The notes: generated by a model from the letters alone, not told the origin. A stretch of 64,000 bases of DNA from Balanoglossus misakiensis (GCA_040954595.2 CM082582.2:11590415-11654414); one strand, 5' to 3'. Positions 26,886 through 40,700 are shown, numbered from the stretch's first letter. Made by a program: numbers and translations.

Positions 26886-29634
26886 CGATAATGCAGCTGC
26901 AGCAACCATTTAAAAAGACTTGCGAATGTATCATTTGGACGCTATGCCTGTCGTTGTGACAAGCATTTCGCCCGGGGACCATGCTCAGTTCGCTAGTATT
27001 TCGACAGTAGTTTACTGGATCCAGCTGTAGCGGTGACGTTCGCTGCGACATGAAATATTGCTGGTTGTCCTACTTCCGAAAGATTTGGACCACCGCAACT
27101 CTCGCTTGATCTTTGGCTCGGTCACAATCAATAGTGGTCGGCCGTCTGCTTGCTTCTGTGATTCGTGGTGATTTTTAAAAATAAAGATGGATTGGATACC
27201 CGTGTTAATACGGCGGTAAATTGCGAGGGTGTAGTTTCATAGGGATTACAGTGAAACTTATATGCTGAACGATGCCCGGTGACTGTACGCGTGTTTGAAT
27301 CATTCTGAATGACGCTAAATCATGGCAAATCAATGCCAAACTACTGAATACAAACTTTAAGTAAACATAACCAAGAGAAAAAAGATTTCACTTTTAAATA
27401 TTAAAAACTCGCTTTTCGGATAATTTCAAAGTGATTTGTAGTGCTACCCTGTGATTTCACAGAGCAACATTGATGATGATTGTGGTGGTGATAATGATGG
27501 GGTTGTGCGAATTCGTAACCACGGCAACAGCGAATGGCTGAAATAATACAGAGAGGCTTTGGAAACTATTGTTTGTTTTGAAAATGAAACCTGACACGTC
27601 GATGGTAACTCATGTAACTCTAGCGAAGATTTCTTCGAGTGCCCAGACTGACTTCTAGTCGAATCACCCCGGATTTTGTTGGAATATGATTCGTCGGCTA
27701 GAACCCGGAGTGGAAATTCGAACGGGTTGTCAAGTAAACAAATTTGGAGCGAGCCTTGAAAGAGAAGCTGCTTGATGCATTGGTTTTCTTTTGGTGTGTG
27801 TGTGTTCCATTTGTTTTTTTCCCACAATGATGAAAATTTAATCTTTCTCATTCTCACTAAAACTACCGCGCTTAGGCCTGCAACCTTTGCTCCGTTGGCT
27901 ACTCCACAACTACTCAATATACACGAGAGCAGCTTCATTTTGGTGTTGCACAATATTAACAGGTATTATGATCCGACGAGTCGGACAGGAAGTTTAAAAG
28001 GGATTAAAATTTCAAAAATACGTATCAATTAAAAAATGAAACCAAACCCGGATGTAGACGATAACAAAGGTGTGCGTTGAACAGGTGAGGCTGAACGTTG
28101 AATACATAATTAGCATGTCGGCGGACTTAGAAGTCAAGTTCAGCCATGTTTCTCATAGTACCGTACAAGTTCAACTGCGACCAATTAAATCGACATGGTT
28201 TGCTGGTTTGTCTAGAAGGTGTGGGAGAAAAACTTCCGTTGTGTTACGGAGCGGTAAACAAGCCGGGTAATTCTGAAGGGTTCTGTTCCCACTTTGTAAC
28301 GTCTCTCCCTCCGTACACGGCCAATTGATTTTCGTTTGGCCAACCCTGAAAATAAAAATAACCAATAAACCACTCGAAAAAAATGAGAAGGTGTAAACGC
28401 CTCCCAGCACCTGACGGAAATCGATTACTGTGTTGCAATCGAACACGACGGGTTCACTCGCTCCGATGCACACCGCGGAGCTTTTTCAAAGACTCGTCCG
28501 TCTCGCCTTATTTCCCTTCCTGTTTTCCCACAGTTGGTAACAATGGACGCGTCGGGGTTCGTCGCCTTCCTTTGAGCGGGCTTGACGGTTGGAACAAGAT
28601 TTTTCGGGTGGCGGACAAGTTTTCTCGCTGTAAAGAGATCACCACCAAGCCGGGCCTTGTGTTTTGAAAATCCGCTACCATTGTACGGTGGAGAATGCGC
28701 CGTGTAAACCTATACAGCCACAATTTAGCGTTTGTCGATATCGCTCTGGAAGAAAGTCCAAATAATCCAATACCATGACAACCAACTTAAAAGCAAACGT
28801 AATTGGTACCAAGATCAAGTTATTATAAAACCGTAACTGAAGAAAGTCAAACAATAAACTATTTTTCTCTCTCCCAACGACTGGAATAAAAACACCAGTG
28901 ACGTTACTGCTCGGACTTAAGCCAAATAGAAAAGCATATATTGAACGTCTTTTCGTACATATTTGATAATTCCGCAAAGCGTCCCTGACGTGAACATAAT
29001 GACTCAATAATATTAATTTTAAAGTCTTTTGTCGCAGTTTCTTTTAATTTACTGTGACATTCAATTTAGGAGAAGTACCGCAAGTGAGCCCTAAATTAGT
29101 CTCGGCACGCGTGATCTTTTTCCATTGACGATACAAAAAAAACGCTCAGCTTGGTTTAAACTGAAATCATGCTCCAGGAAAGAAAGTCGCCACGATTTAT
29201 TTATTCAAAACGGCGAATAAACATGAGTGATACAAATTGGGCTGGAAGACGATAAAATCGTAATCGTTTAGAATTTCAGTAAGAATTGTGATGGTAACAT
29301 GCCGTGAACACATTTTAACCATTTGGCACTTTACGGCGACAAATTAATTTCCCTTAATAGCGTTTGTCGGGTTACTTGCTAGCATTTTTTGACTTGACAC
29401 CTCAAATGCCAATGTCAAGGGTGGCGTCAAAGGTCACCGAATTGTAAAATTTACGACTGCCGTGGCTGCACAAACAAACAAGCTCTCCGTCGTGTTGGCA
29501 AGAAGTCCTGACAGCCCTGGTCTTGGGGAGAGCAGCCGAAAAACAAAACTTGCAGAACTCCTCTTTCCAAAGATTCCTGTTGGCCTACCAATAAACTAAA
29601 CCTCCCCAGAGATTGGGTTCGCGTGCGGATGCCG

Positions 29635-29647
29635 GTTGCCTGGCAAC
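29635..29647. promoter_or_regulatory. Palindromic RFX X-box candidate
   Basis: GTTGCC-T-GGCAAC matches the RFX consensus GTNRCC(N0-3)RGYAAC. Motif match only. Confidence 0.4.
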
Positions 29648-32600
29648 GGCACAGAGGCGAGAGCCAGCGCAGCACGTGTTGGTGGCAAGTTTTTTGATGG
29701 GAGGTACTTTATTAGTTTTGAGTCGGTTTGCTTACTAGTCGGTTTGGTAGATCTGTAGATCTGTTCAGTTGGGGAAATTGTTTCATTTCAAAGAATATGT
29801 TACTTGACTATTTGTGTGAAAATCAACGCGAAACTGTGGTTGATGTAAAAATAGCAAATATTACTGAATAAAGTTGACATGGAATGTTTATATTGTCCCT
29901 TAAAACCTCATTAGCTGTAACCGGTTGTTATCGGTTTTATTGTCCTGTGTATCAACCAATTCGTTTTCCTATAGCATGATACAGCTGTAAATGTTTCAAC
30001 ACATTACAAGTGGTTGTTACAAATATAAGTGCTACCTTAACAAGGGTGATGTTGTTGATTTTACTCTGCTATAAGAGATACCATATTGCCGGAAAAAAAG
30101 TCAAAAGTTACAGATACTGGCCCCTATATAGAGCTTCAAGAAACAGTCGAACTTTTGAAAAAGAAAAAAAAAGAAGTTACAGAAATTCTGGAATCCTGGC
30201 TGAATGACATATGTCATCACCTGACCTGACACTAATGAATTCATTCCCGGCAACTTACACGGAATTTTATTTTATAGCTTTATTTTCACTCCTTTATTGC
30301 GGTAAAACAGTTTGCAAAACACTCTCTTCCCTCAAATAAACTTTTCAAGTCTTTGAGATGTGCGCCAAGCCTTTTGCCTCCCCTCTCTCTCTCGCGGCTG
30401 ACCAGCCGGACGTACTGTAGCACAGTTTAGGCCGGCGTTGTTTATTTTCTCGCCGAGGCCTGCTCCGGTGCCAAACTCGGAGCCGACGACAAAACGTCAG
30501 TGCTGCCGTTAATTAATTGGCTGTAAAGTGGTGAAATAGTGACCAGGGCTGAGAAGAGCTCTCCTCGGTGCAGGAAAATGGGGGAAATAAATAGACATGG
30601 ACTGGACAGGACAGCTCTTGTGTGGGCGACTTTCAAGATGCCGCCAATTCCACCGGCTTTGAGGAACGAAAATCCGATCTGCGACTTGTCCTGGGAATTT
30701 TTTTGTGGGAGGGGGAGGTGGATAAGTTTTCTTGAGTTCTATTTTCTCGTGTCTTTGCAGTTGATTTTCGATCGTAGCCAAATCTATAAATTACATACTG
30801 CAACAGGCAAGAATATCGCCAGGTACCAGAATGCGACAAATGATGATTGCAAGGTATCTGAAGCCAAATTATTGTCGCAGTCACGTTTTGGTTGACTCGC
30901 CGCAAGGAGTTTACCGTGACTCGTGGCAGAAATTACACAACTTTTAATTAATATTTTCACAAAATTCCGCAAAATACGCGTGTCGGCGTTCACGGATTCT
31001 TTATGAGCTGCGGCGATGTTTTATGTTGCCAACGGAAATGGACGCTGACATGATCGATTTCACAAAGGATGCGCGGTGACGTCATCAGCGGTTTCCCTAA
31101 AAAGAGCGATATATTTCATCTTTTACTTCCAACCACAGATGTGGTAACGCTTACGTGCGATCTCTACGTCGGCGACGTCGCTATTAACCCGCGAGGTTGC
31201 CAGTGACAGTTGAGCGATGGTGGTGGTTTTTGTCACCTGAGAGCTACAAAAATGGTGCACGCACACTCAGAAATCATATGCACTTTTCATGTGTCGAAGA
31301 AGGAGGCGGGGATGGGGGGGGGGTCGTCGTGAGTATTGTATGCGTCTATCAACGGGTCAAAGTTCACGAGAGTGAACCGAGGGTGTGAAACAACAGAACC
31401 CGGCAAAGCGATCCCACTATACGCGTTAATTAAACCCCCTTTGATATCATACTACAGGAAAAAACAAACCCATCCGGCGTTTACCGCTTTGGTTCACCAG
31501 CTGACAGATTCGCGCATACTAACATTATAATCGCATTCAATAATTTATTTGTTTATTTTCACGCGGCTTGACATTTCTATCATTTTATCACGTTCTATTA
31601 AACTTCATTCAATACCTGAGTGCCCAGTTGCCGTTTATTTTTAGAAATCAACGTGTCCTATGATTTCCATTTTCTTCGCTTTACAGACATTCTGGGCGTG
31701 ACAAGCAGATGATTTTTACGCGAAGGACTTCTGCCGAAACAAGCTGAGGTGAACGATACGGCAAGAACCCAGCGAAATTTCACGAAAACCAAACTAATCG
31801 AAAGCTGACTATTATTAAAACATAGTAATAAAGGTACAGAGTTTCAAAGCTGATGCTCGAAGTATGAGGAACTCAGGTGGTATGTCTTGAAAGAGACACT
31901 GGAATTGGAATTTTCCTTCATCGCTGAAGAAGAAAAGGGGGCGAGTTACATTTGAAGGACAGAGTGCAACCCACTCCTACTTCACTAACGATACCGTCGT
32001 TATCCTGTTTCCATATCTGGTGGACTCGCGATTACAAAGGACACTTCCACGTGTCCAGTTATTCCATCTGACTCTCTCTTTCCCATTGTCTCTTATCTCT
32101 GTCATCAACGACACAATGTCATCATATGATAACTGTACTGTGCTCCAGAAAACAAATATAACACGGCGCCCCTTCCATGCACAGAAAAATTGTGATTACA
32201 ACCAATAGTCACGTGACTGTGGCAGAATGCGATAATGATAACTATCATGGTCGCGTTCATTAAAGAATCGAAACTGAAACTTGTTCCATCATAACTTGTA
32301 GTTGTCAGGCATATTTCTGTTGACAGATTGCTCTTCCGAAATAAAGTATTGCAAAAACAAAACAGTTACGTATATGTCAAAGTCGGCGTGTATGTTTCAT
32401 GTTATTCGTTCTCTGTGAACAGAGAGCGATTTAGAACTTAATATAAGCCGCTTTAATATTTTATGGACTGTAAAAACAAAACTGCTGCAAGAAGTACTGT
32501 ATTTTGTACGGAATTGTATGCTATTGGGACAACGAATAATTAAGCTCAAAAACATTCGCCGTTTAGTGTTTCAAGTCGACGGAATTTAAGATGTAATTGA

Positions 32601-35600
32601 GTTAGTGTACAATTTCAGGCAACCACACAGGCGGGTACAAGCTCTCGTTTGTTGAAGGAGTAAAAGTGGAATTGTACGAATTTAAAAGCAAGCGAATTAT
32701 GGGATTGTGGAGTTTCCCTCGAGGTTATTATTGCGGTTGATTTTGCTACTTGCCCGGTAGGGGGTGGTGTTGAACCTGGCGGGGGGGGGGGGGTGCAGAG
32801 TTCGCAATATCGTCCAATGCCAGGGCGCGGCTAGAGTAACTCCACGGGTCTCTCTTTATATGCAACCATTGTTTTGGAGCAAGCTTTCGATTAAAACTCC
32901 ACAATACTTTAATTCCTATCCCATAACCCTCAGGCACAAGCGTTTCACTCTGGCGCGAGGGGGTATCGAATCGCAAGCGGAGAACTCGAATCAGAGATAA
33001 AAACGCAACACCGCTCGCTATTTCGTACTCCGCCTTGCACTCACCGTGAAGGCTGTTTGTTTTCGTAAATCATCATTCACAAAAGAAGAGCGGGCATGCC
33101 GCGAGATAGACAGATACGGAGCACTCAATCGTGAAAATTCATTTTGTCTTGGGGGGGGGGGGGCTGCCGGAGAGATGCAGAAAAATATATACAAGAAGAG
33201 CTCTCGAAGTAAAAGATATGTGACTTGGCGCAGTCTTTTTTCTCATATAGCAGTTTGAAAAAAAATCAGTTTTTGCCAGCGGTTTTGGCCAATTTCGAGA
33301 GCGAACAGAGGAAACGGAATCATTCACTGGAGAGATTGTTGCTATAGGTACTTCTAGAGGACTGTTGATGTCTATTGTATAGAGTGGTCGTGTGCCCGTC
33401 TGACAGGAAGTATAAAATGTGTTTCTGTGTGTCTGCGCAAGCATCTGTGTTGGTAAACTATTACTCAAGAGTAAACAGCGCAATATCTAATCTGGGCAAA
33501 ACAAGCAATCCGGGGTTGTCAGAGAGCCGCTGCCTGGTCGATCCCCGTGTCTGCGTCCACACAAATATTGCGCATCCCGTGCTGTGCGGCACACGACGCT
33601 CGATTACTGATAGTCAGTTTGTACAATATACACAACTGGTCCCCGAAAAGGGAACCACCCACCCAGATCACCGGCCAATTCATGACCCAGTACAACTCTG
33701 ACCTTGCAATGATATCTGCCCGTTTTCACGCCAGAGCTTCGTGGCGGGAGAGCTTATAGCGCGTTGCATGTTATTGGCTCTGCGACTCCTAGGCCCAGTA
33801 GCGCTGCCAGCAACAAGTCAAGCGCAAAAAAGAACTGGTTTTAATCCGCAACATCTGGCCTGACCAGCTCTACGGTTTTTGCTGTTTTTGTTCGACCAGG
33901 GTCCCAGCTGTTGAAACAACCATCATATTCCCCTGTGCAATTATCGTGTACAACTCCAGCGAGCTGACGCTGGTTTTTCGGAAAGTGCGCGTGCAGCAGG
34001 AAAGAAAGAAAAGAAATGGAAATTTATGCAAAAAGGTTTACGTGAAGGAGTGGCATGGATGCGGCAATTTTCTGCTTTTAATTTCACGGCTGAGTGATCG
34101 GTCGAGGAAGTTGAAATTTTCTTGGCATGGCCGTCAGCTTCTTGGTAAGCCGGTGGCCAGTTTCCCATTTTATGCAATAAAATCATGCTCTTTCTTGCAA
34201 CGCTAACAGTAGAAACAGTTACCTGCAACTGCACGCGACTAGGTGTCAATTGGTGTTATGATTACAGCCTGGCACCTTATTGTCCGTTGAGAATATTTGC
34301 ATATTGTCTATTCTGCATGGACGGGATCACTGTGCGTTTAGGGATGGCTCACTGAGGGCTCTCTTTACCCGAGCTGTAAGCGGACACTATATCGCTTTGA
34401 CTTTTCGCGTCCAAACAAATATACAAAATTTAGCTATATGTATACGAGCACATGGAGGCCTTTAACGGCGTAAGCTGAGCTGCCACTGCATGTGTGTGGC
34501 ACAAAATGCTCGCTGGCCAAGACCCGCCCGTCTACATTAACGCCAACTCTAATTACTTAGAACAATACGAGCTGGAATGACTGTTGAGTCACTGTGGATA
34601 ACCCTTTGACCCTCTGTGTTGGCTCACATATTTTAATTGCTGTCCACTGCCACGTAACTGCGCATCGGCCGTCCAGCGCAACGCTGCACCGCGTTTGGAA
34701 GCATACAGCTATAGGTCGACCTTTTGCGGCTACTCGAAGTTGATTCCTTAGTTCATACGACTGGATTAAAATCATTTGCATCAGAAAGGGGCGCGCTCTC
34801 AACCGTACCGCGACCTTCATCGGGCTTCCGCCAAATAAAGTTCGCGTTCCTTCCGAATTGTGGAAAATTTTAAAAACAATGGTTTTCGGGATTTAATTCT
34901 GGCGAGTTTGCCAATAACAATTGTTATAAAACGATGGATGACGAAACTTCTTCATCACTTTATCCTGGATATAATAAGATTCTCCGTGGTGGCTTGCTGA
35001 TAAGACGCCCAGGCTCGAGTTAAACGATTGGTCAAAATCCCCCGTACTCCTCGAAAATACTTAAACAGGCTTTTAGGACATTCTAAAACTGCGATGACGT
35101 CACACTCTAGCCACATTTCTAACCGAGCTACGGCCTATAAAACAAGCGAACGAGCTACGTGATTGAAATGGTTATGGGCTGGCATGGTGGTCCACTCAGA
35201 GCGCTAATGGCGCTCGTTGAGCGAGGGCATGGAAAATTGATAAAGTCGAAAAAAGACAAAGTTAAGTTGATAACAATGAGAGATACGGACTCTCCATCTC
35301 GATGGCGCGAACAAACAACACCCGCAACCAGATTTGTGCACACTCCCGTGGTACACAAACGCCAGACAAGTGTGTAACAATAGAAAACGTTTACTCGGGG
35401 ACGTTTGTTGCGAGGTATCATTGAGGGAAAATGAAACCGACATCGCACTGGGGAGCTCACACAATGAACAAAGGGTAAAAGCATGTCGTTACGGGTTTCA
35501 ACTCGATTAAGCTTGGATAAAACGTAAGGATGTAGGAATTTGGATGGTCTAAATTTCAATCCGAGTTTCCTGTGACCGCAGAACATGGTAAGGCAATACG

Positions 35601-35899
35601 CAAACTGGCTTTACAAAGATACTTTACTTGGGATTCCACCCCTCCGCTTGCCAATTTAACTAATAAATACATGCCTACCGAAATACAATTACAGAAACAT
35701 GAATGGGCGATACCAAATTTTGCGATATGGGGGTGTTATGTTACCTCGTCGGAGGGACTGGTTTGTATTGCCGTATGTTTGCACGTCAGAAGGTCGTCAA
35801 TGATGTTACCACAGAAATATTTCTGGAGACTAGTAAAATGCTGTCTCGTTATAGCTTACTAGAGTTCTGGAAACGAGACACCGGATGAGACGAGTTGAT

Positions 35900-36594
35900 T
35901 GCCGAAAAGCGAACTCTGTCTCCCCCTACAACCCACGCATCGGTGGTGACTTGACCTCTGGTGTTCATTTAAATTGAACACGGGGTCCTGCCACCCCTCG
36001 ATACATTTTGCGTGGCTTCGTCATAGGGGGTGGTCAGTAACTAGTTTTCTCAAAGTGCGTCTCCATCCCCTCGCCTCCCACAAGCTTGACCGATCACATC
36101 CGACGATAACAGACAGTTAGTTGCCGGGCAGAGCTTGAAGCAACCGGCTTTCTCATTTGCGCCACACTGTGTAACCAATTTACACTTGGGGTTTCCAACT
36201 GACATTTGGACAGTCGAGGACCAGCACTTCCACTATCAACATAGCTTGACGTTTGCCCGCACTGCATCGCGGACTGGATCACAACTCCACGGAACTTTGT
36301 TTCTCACACAGCCCACGGAACTTTGTTTCTCACACAGCCAATAAGTTGTGCACCAAGCCACCATCGTCAAGACAGTCGCGAAGGAAGTTACGTTGCTAAA
36401 TATTTACTATTCTTTCACGCCGCATCAGTGACACAGCCAGCTAAGGCGTTTGGCTAGCCCGTCACAAGATTGCCTTTATCACCCAGGCTCATTCCTACTC
36501 TTCCAAGTTTCGGTATTCCGCTGGAAAAACTCGGAACTTCCGCCACGTTATTTCTTGCATCTGTTGTAAGGGTTTTCTTGTTGCAGAGACGCCG
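35900..36594 (+). promoter_or_regulatory. Probable FoxF proximal promoter / 5' leader region
   Basis: Immediately upstream of the FoxF ATG. Contains a near-palindrome GTGTTCATTTAAATTGAACAC (35961-35981) and a GLI-like GGGGTGGTC (36027-36035). The TSS cannot be determined from sequence. Confidence 0.45.
36287..36338. repeat. Perfect 26-bp tandem duplication upstream of the FoxF start codon
   Basis: CCACGGAACTTTGTTTCTCACACAGC x2 (36287-36312, 36313-36338). Confidence 0.97.
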
Positions 36595-37780
36595 ATGACC
36601 ATCCTCACAGAAAACATGTCTACCAACGTGGCCGAGGTCGACGTGAAGCCGCCGCTTCCCCCTCAACCCACGCAGCAGACTCAAGTCCCCAGTCAGCAGC
36701 AGCACCAACAACAACAACACCATCACCACCACCATCATCCCCCTCCACAACAACAGCAGCAGGTGATGCAGCCACCGCAACAGCAAGACAATCCCCAGCA
36801 ACCTCCTCCTCCTTCTCAGCAACAGCAGCAGCAACAACAGCAACCGTCACAGGAAGCTACCGAAACCGTCGCACAAACTCCCAGTCCGGAGAAAAGCACG
36901 ACTACGAAGAAGGGCAGCGCAGGAGTCCGCCGGCATGAGAAACCGCCATACTCCTACATTGCTCTCATAGTAATGGCGATCCAGAGTTCACCGACCAAAC
37001 GACTGACACTCAGTGAAATCTATCAGTTTTTGATGAACAGATTTCCGTTCTTCAGGGGACCATACCAGGGCTGGAAGAACTCAGTCCGACACAACCTCTC
37101 CCTGAACGAATGCTTCATCAAACTCCCGAAGGGACTTGGGCGGCCGGGGAAAGGGCACTACTGGACGATCGATCCAGCCAGCGAGTTCATGTTCGAGGAG
37201 GGTTCCTTCCGACGCAGGCCGCGAGGTTTCCGCCGCAAGTGTCAGGCCCTGCGCCCGTACGGCATGATCAACAACATGGCCGGACCGGGACAGATGTTCC
37301 CCGGGACCACCTTCGACATGCTGCCGCAGAACACGGCGACGTCGCCCGCCTACGGCATGAGTTGCTCGATGAACAACGTGAACGTTAGCCAGGGCCTGGA
37401 CACGTCCATGGGCATGGGGATGACCATGGCCACGGCGCCGGTGGCCAGCGGCAACCTGACAACGCCGACACACCACTCCCCGTCCTCCGGTGGCGGCGGC
37501 ATCAACTACATGGCCAGCTGCTCCGTCGGCAACAGCATGGGCGATTTCGGAGCCGTCCCTACCAACACGTCGCCGACCGTCCCGTCGATGTACTCGCAGA
37601 ACAGCACAGAGAATCACTCAATGCACGCCACGGGCTGGCCTCCAGCATCACGCTACATCAAACAGCAGATGGACTGTAGCCCGACCAATTCGCCGACTCC
37701 AATCCAGCTAATGGCCGCTGTGACAGATCAGAGTCAGTTTATGCTGCAACAGTCAAATGGCGACGGTACTGATATGACAG
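36595..37780 (+). CDS. FoxF: Forkhead box F transcription factor, coding exon 1 (includes the forkhead domain)
   Basis: [35 protein letters not shown]...[70 protein letters not shown] is the diagnostic FoxF-class domain. The conserved YIKQQ motif is present. The exon ends at donor CAG|GTGAGA (37780/37781), phase 1. Confidence 0.97.
36691..36843 (+). repeat. Coding CAG/CAA/CAC/CAT/CCN low-complexity tract (polyGln/His/Pro) in the FoxF N-terminus
   Basis: Translation [23 protein letters not shown]...[16 protein letters not shown]. Confidence 0.95.
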
Positions 37781-40700
37781 GTGAGATTCAAATTATCCGA
37801 TAATTATTAAAGAAAAACATATAAATTCATAACAACGTAATCGAGCGCGTTAGCGATTGAAGGCTCGCGAAAACGGTAGAATATAGTCAGATTTAACTGT
37901 GATTCTTCCATCACCATTTTTCGATATAAATTCAGTTCTAAAAACGAAACAAGTAACTCCACGCAATAAACTTCATGAAATTGGTCTGTATCGCTTGAAA
38001 ACTACGAGGAAAACGTTCCACAAGAGACGCGTTCGAAGCGAGCGCACACCCTCTTTGCTCTCTGCGCTGTGATGTGTTGTGATGTATGAAATTCCGACTT
38101 CTGCCGGTCATCACGGGCAATTCGACAAATAAATACTCTTTAGACTTTCAATAAACTTTCCAATACTCCCGAGTCAATCAAAGGTGCGAGAATGGTTTAT
38201 AAAAAACGACCGCCGTACCCAATGTAATTTATTCTGTATATTTACACGTATAGGTCATGTTTTTGAAAAGTTGTATTCAGAAGAAATTCCTGACGCTGGT
38301 CTATTTACCGTGGGTAGTGAAATGGGATTGAGAGAGAAAGGAAAAACGTTGACAAATGTTTCCACTTTAGTGTAAATGTTGAAAAAATGGGCAATGGAAA
38401 TTCAAACAAGCCTGTTTTTGCGCTGACAATTACATCCAATTACATAAAAATAACATTTCGGATGAGATATCGGCCACTGACTGGTAGCATTGGTATCCGG
38501 TGTTGCCTTGTTTCGTAATCGAATCAGGCGATGATGCGAAGAAACTCTTAAGACGAACCGAGGGTATTTACGGCATTTTCAGAGAATGAAAAAGGACTAT
38601 TGATATCTTTTTTTATTAATTCACTCGTAATATAATCAGATCGGTTAATGTAGCTGAACGTTTCCGAGTTCAACTGAAGACTTCTTTTGCCGGAAAATGG
38701 AAGGGGCTGGTTTCATTCCACACAGGGGGTAATGAAAATAGTTGGCGGGTCTCGACCAGAGAGGGGAGAGAGTGACAAACTAGTCTCTAGGCGCTTTGAC
38801 GCGGGAGGCCTGCATCGGTTCTAAAATGCAATTTTGAAAGAGAAGAACCGCCTGCTATCTGTCACATGAAAACAGAGTTTGTTCCACCCAGCTGTACAAA
38901 GAAGGAAACCGTCTGTATTTTTGGCGAGCCCTGTCTGCCTGCGTGCGCGTGGGTTGTGGTCCGTGTTTATTTTGTTGACAATCTATCGCCGCTAATTTTC
39001 TTCAAATAAACGCTACACTAAACATCACTCCTGCTACTAAACTCCTGCAGTCATTCTCAAGGATAACTGAAAAGGGGACGAAAACGGTGTTTTCATTTAT
39101 AAACTGTGACCAAGAAACAAATGTGTTCAGAAAAGTAAAGAAATCTCGACCCTGTGCGCCATTTTGTAACTGCCAGACAGAATTTCCTGAAACACTCAAG
39201 AAACCTGGCTTTGTTCTTGTATCTGCATAAAACGGATCGACTTACCCCGTTTCTTAATATCACCCTTGCATATTATTCATATTTTTCTATTTATAATGGC
39301 GCGTGGACCATCCAAAAATCCTTGAAATTACCCAGACAGATCTTTCGAAACAGCAGCAAGAAAATCACACCGCGACCAGAAATTCTTTGGCCATGAAAAA
39401 ATCGAAAGTTCCTCGCGCCATCAAACCACAGGTATAGTTTAGGGTTGCAAGTCAAGATAGTCGGGTGTCCTTAATTCCGCAAACCTGAATTTACCAAATT
39501 CCGGTTTGCGCAATTGAAGACACTCGGCTAGATTCCAACGGACTGCATATACTTGTACATGTAGTCCTTCTAAACAAATGCACGCATAGATCCTAAATCT
39601 TGAGACAAGAAATTGGTAGAAACCACGCTAGGATTGGCATATCTAATCGTCAAAAAGGGGGTATCTGACTACCTATCGCAATCGGCGGACATTTGACTGA
39701 TTTGCGATATTTTTGGGGAGGTGACAACCGGCACACGCGTAGCCGATCAATCACGGCGCCTCTGTAAACTGTCGTGACAAGCGTGACAGCGAACCCTGAT
39801 TTATTCCCCGTAAACCGTTCCGACTGGCGACACGGCCCGCAAAAAGAGTTGAAATATCCCCAAAACGACAATTCCATGGAAGTCGAATGGCTGGGCAGTA
39901 AAGCGAGTGAACTGGTCACATGGCCATAAACTGTTGACCACCGGGCGGGCTGTAAAAGAGATTTTTACTCATAGTGTGTTGATTTTGCTAATCCGCGGGG
40001 CATTTCCAGGCCCCATATGTCCGTTTTAATGGGCCGGGAAAAGTTAATAATCTGAGAACGTTAATTTCACACCAAACTTCACACGACCTACGCCGTTTCA
40101 GTCATATGCCGTCAGAAGGGGCAGTTTTTAGTGCATCAGTGGTGATCCGCTCGCCGTTGAATTAAGAAAATGTGGTTCTAAGTTAAACGGGAATGCTCAA
40201 TATAAAAATGCATATAAGAATGCCATTGTTGTTGAGGTGTTTCCTGACAATTGCGAGAGAAGACACCAAGGCGACTCGACTCCGAGTCGTAGTCAAAACT
40301 TATCGCGATTTCTGACCGATAGTCACGTAGTGTTTTCCTTCGACAGCTCGTTACTTCTCGTTATCGCCACCAAGCGCACCACTGTCGCGACGTTCTCGTT
40401 CAGTTCCACATATGGTGCAAGAGTTTTATTTTTTGGAGAGGGGGGGGGAGAAGAGACGGGCTCATGTGGGGCCAAATTAGTCGGCAGCGAGAGATACTGC
40501 GCATCATCACAAAGTAACCGTCTTGTTATCACTCTCTCTGATAAAGCCGTCATGAACTCCGGGAGTGAATTTCTCAAACTACGCCGGGTCTTCGGGCTAT
40601 GCTTCGTAATTACAATATCCTGCATGCCGCGGCTCCAGCGCGGGGGTGGGAGATCTAAACCACCCCAAACGATCAAAACGAGCTCCAATAGCCCCAGATC

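Noticed and set aside
36454-37711. Antisense and alternate-frame ORFs overlapping FoxF (129, 76, 178, 92 and 73 aa)
   Set aside because: Shadows of the GC-rich, low-complexity FoxF coding sequence.
37781-37803. ORF-track C-terminus (EIQIIR*) of the 402-aa ORF
   Set aside because: Read-through into the intron. The conserved FoxF C-terminus is encoded at 42417-42577.
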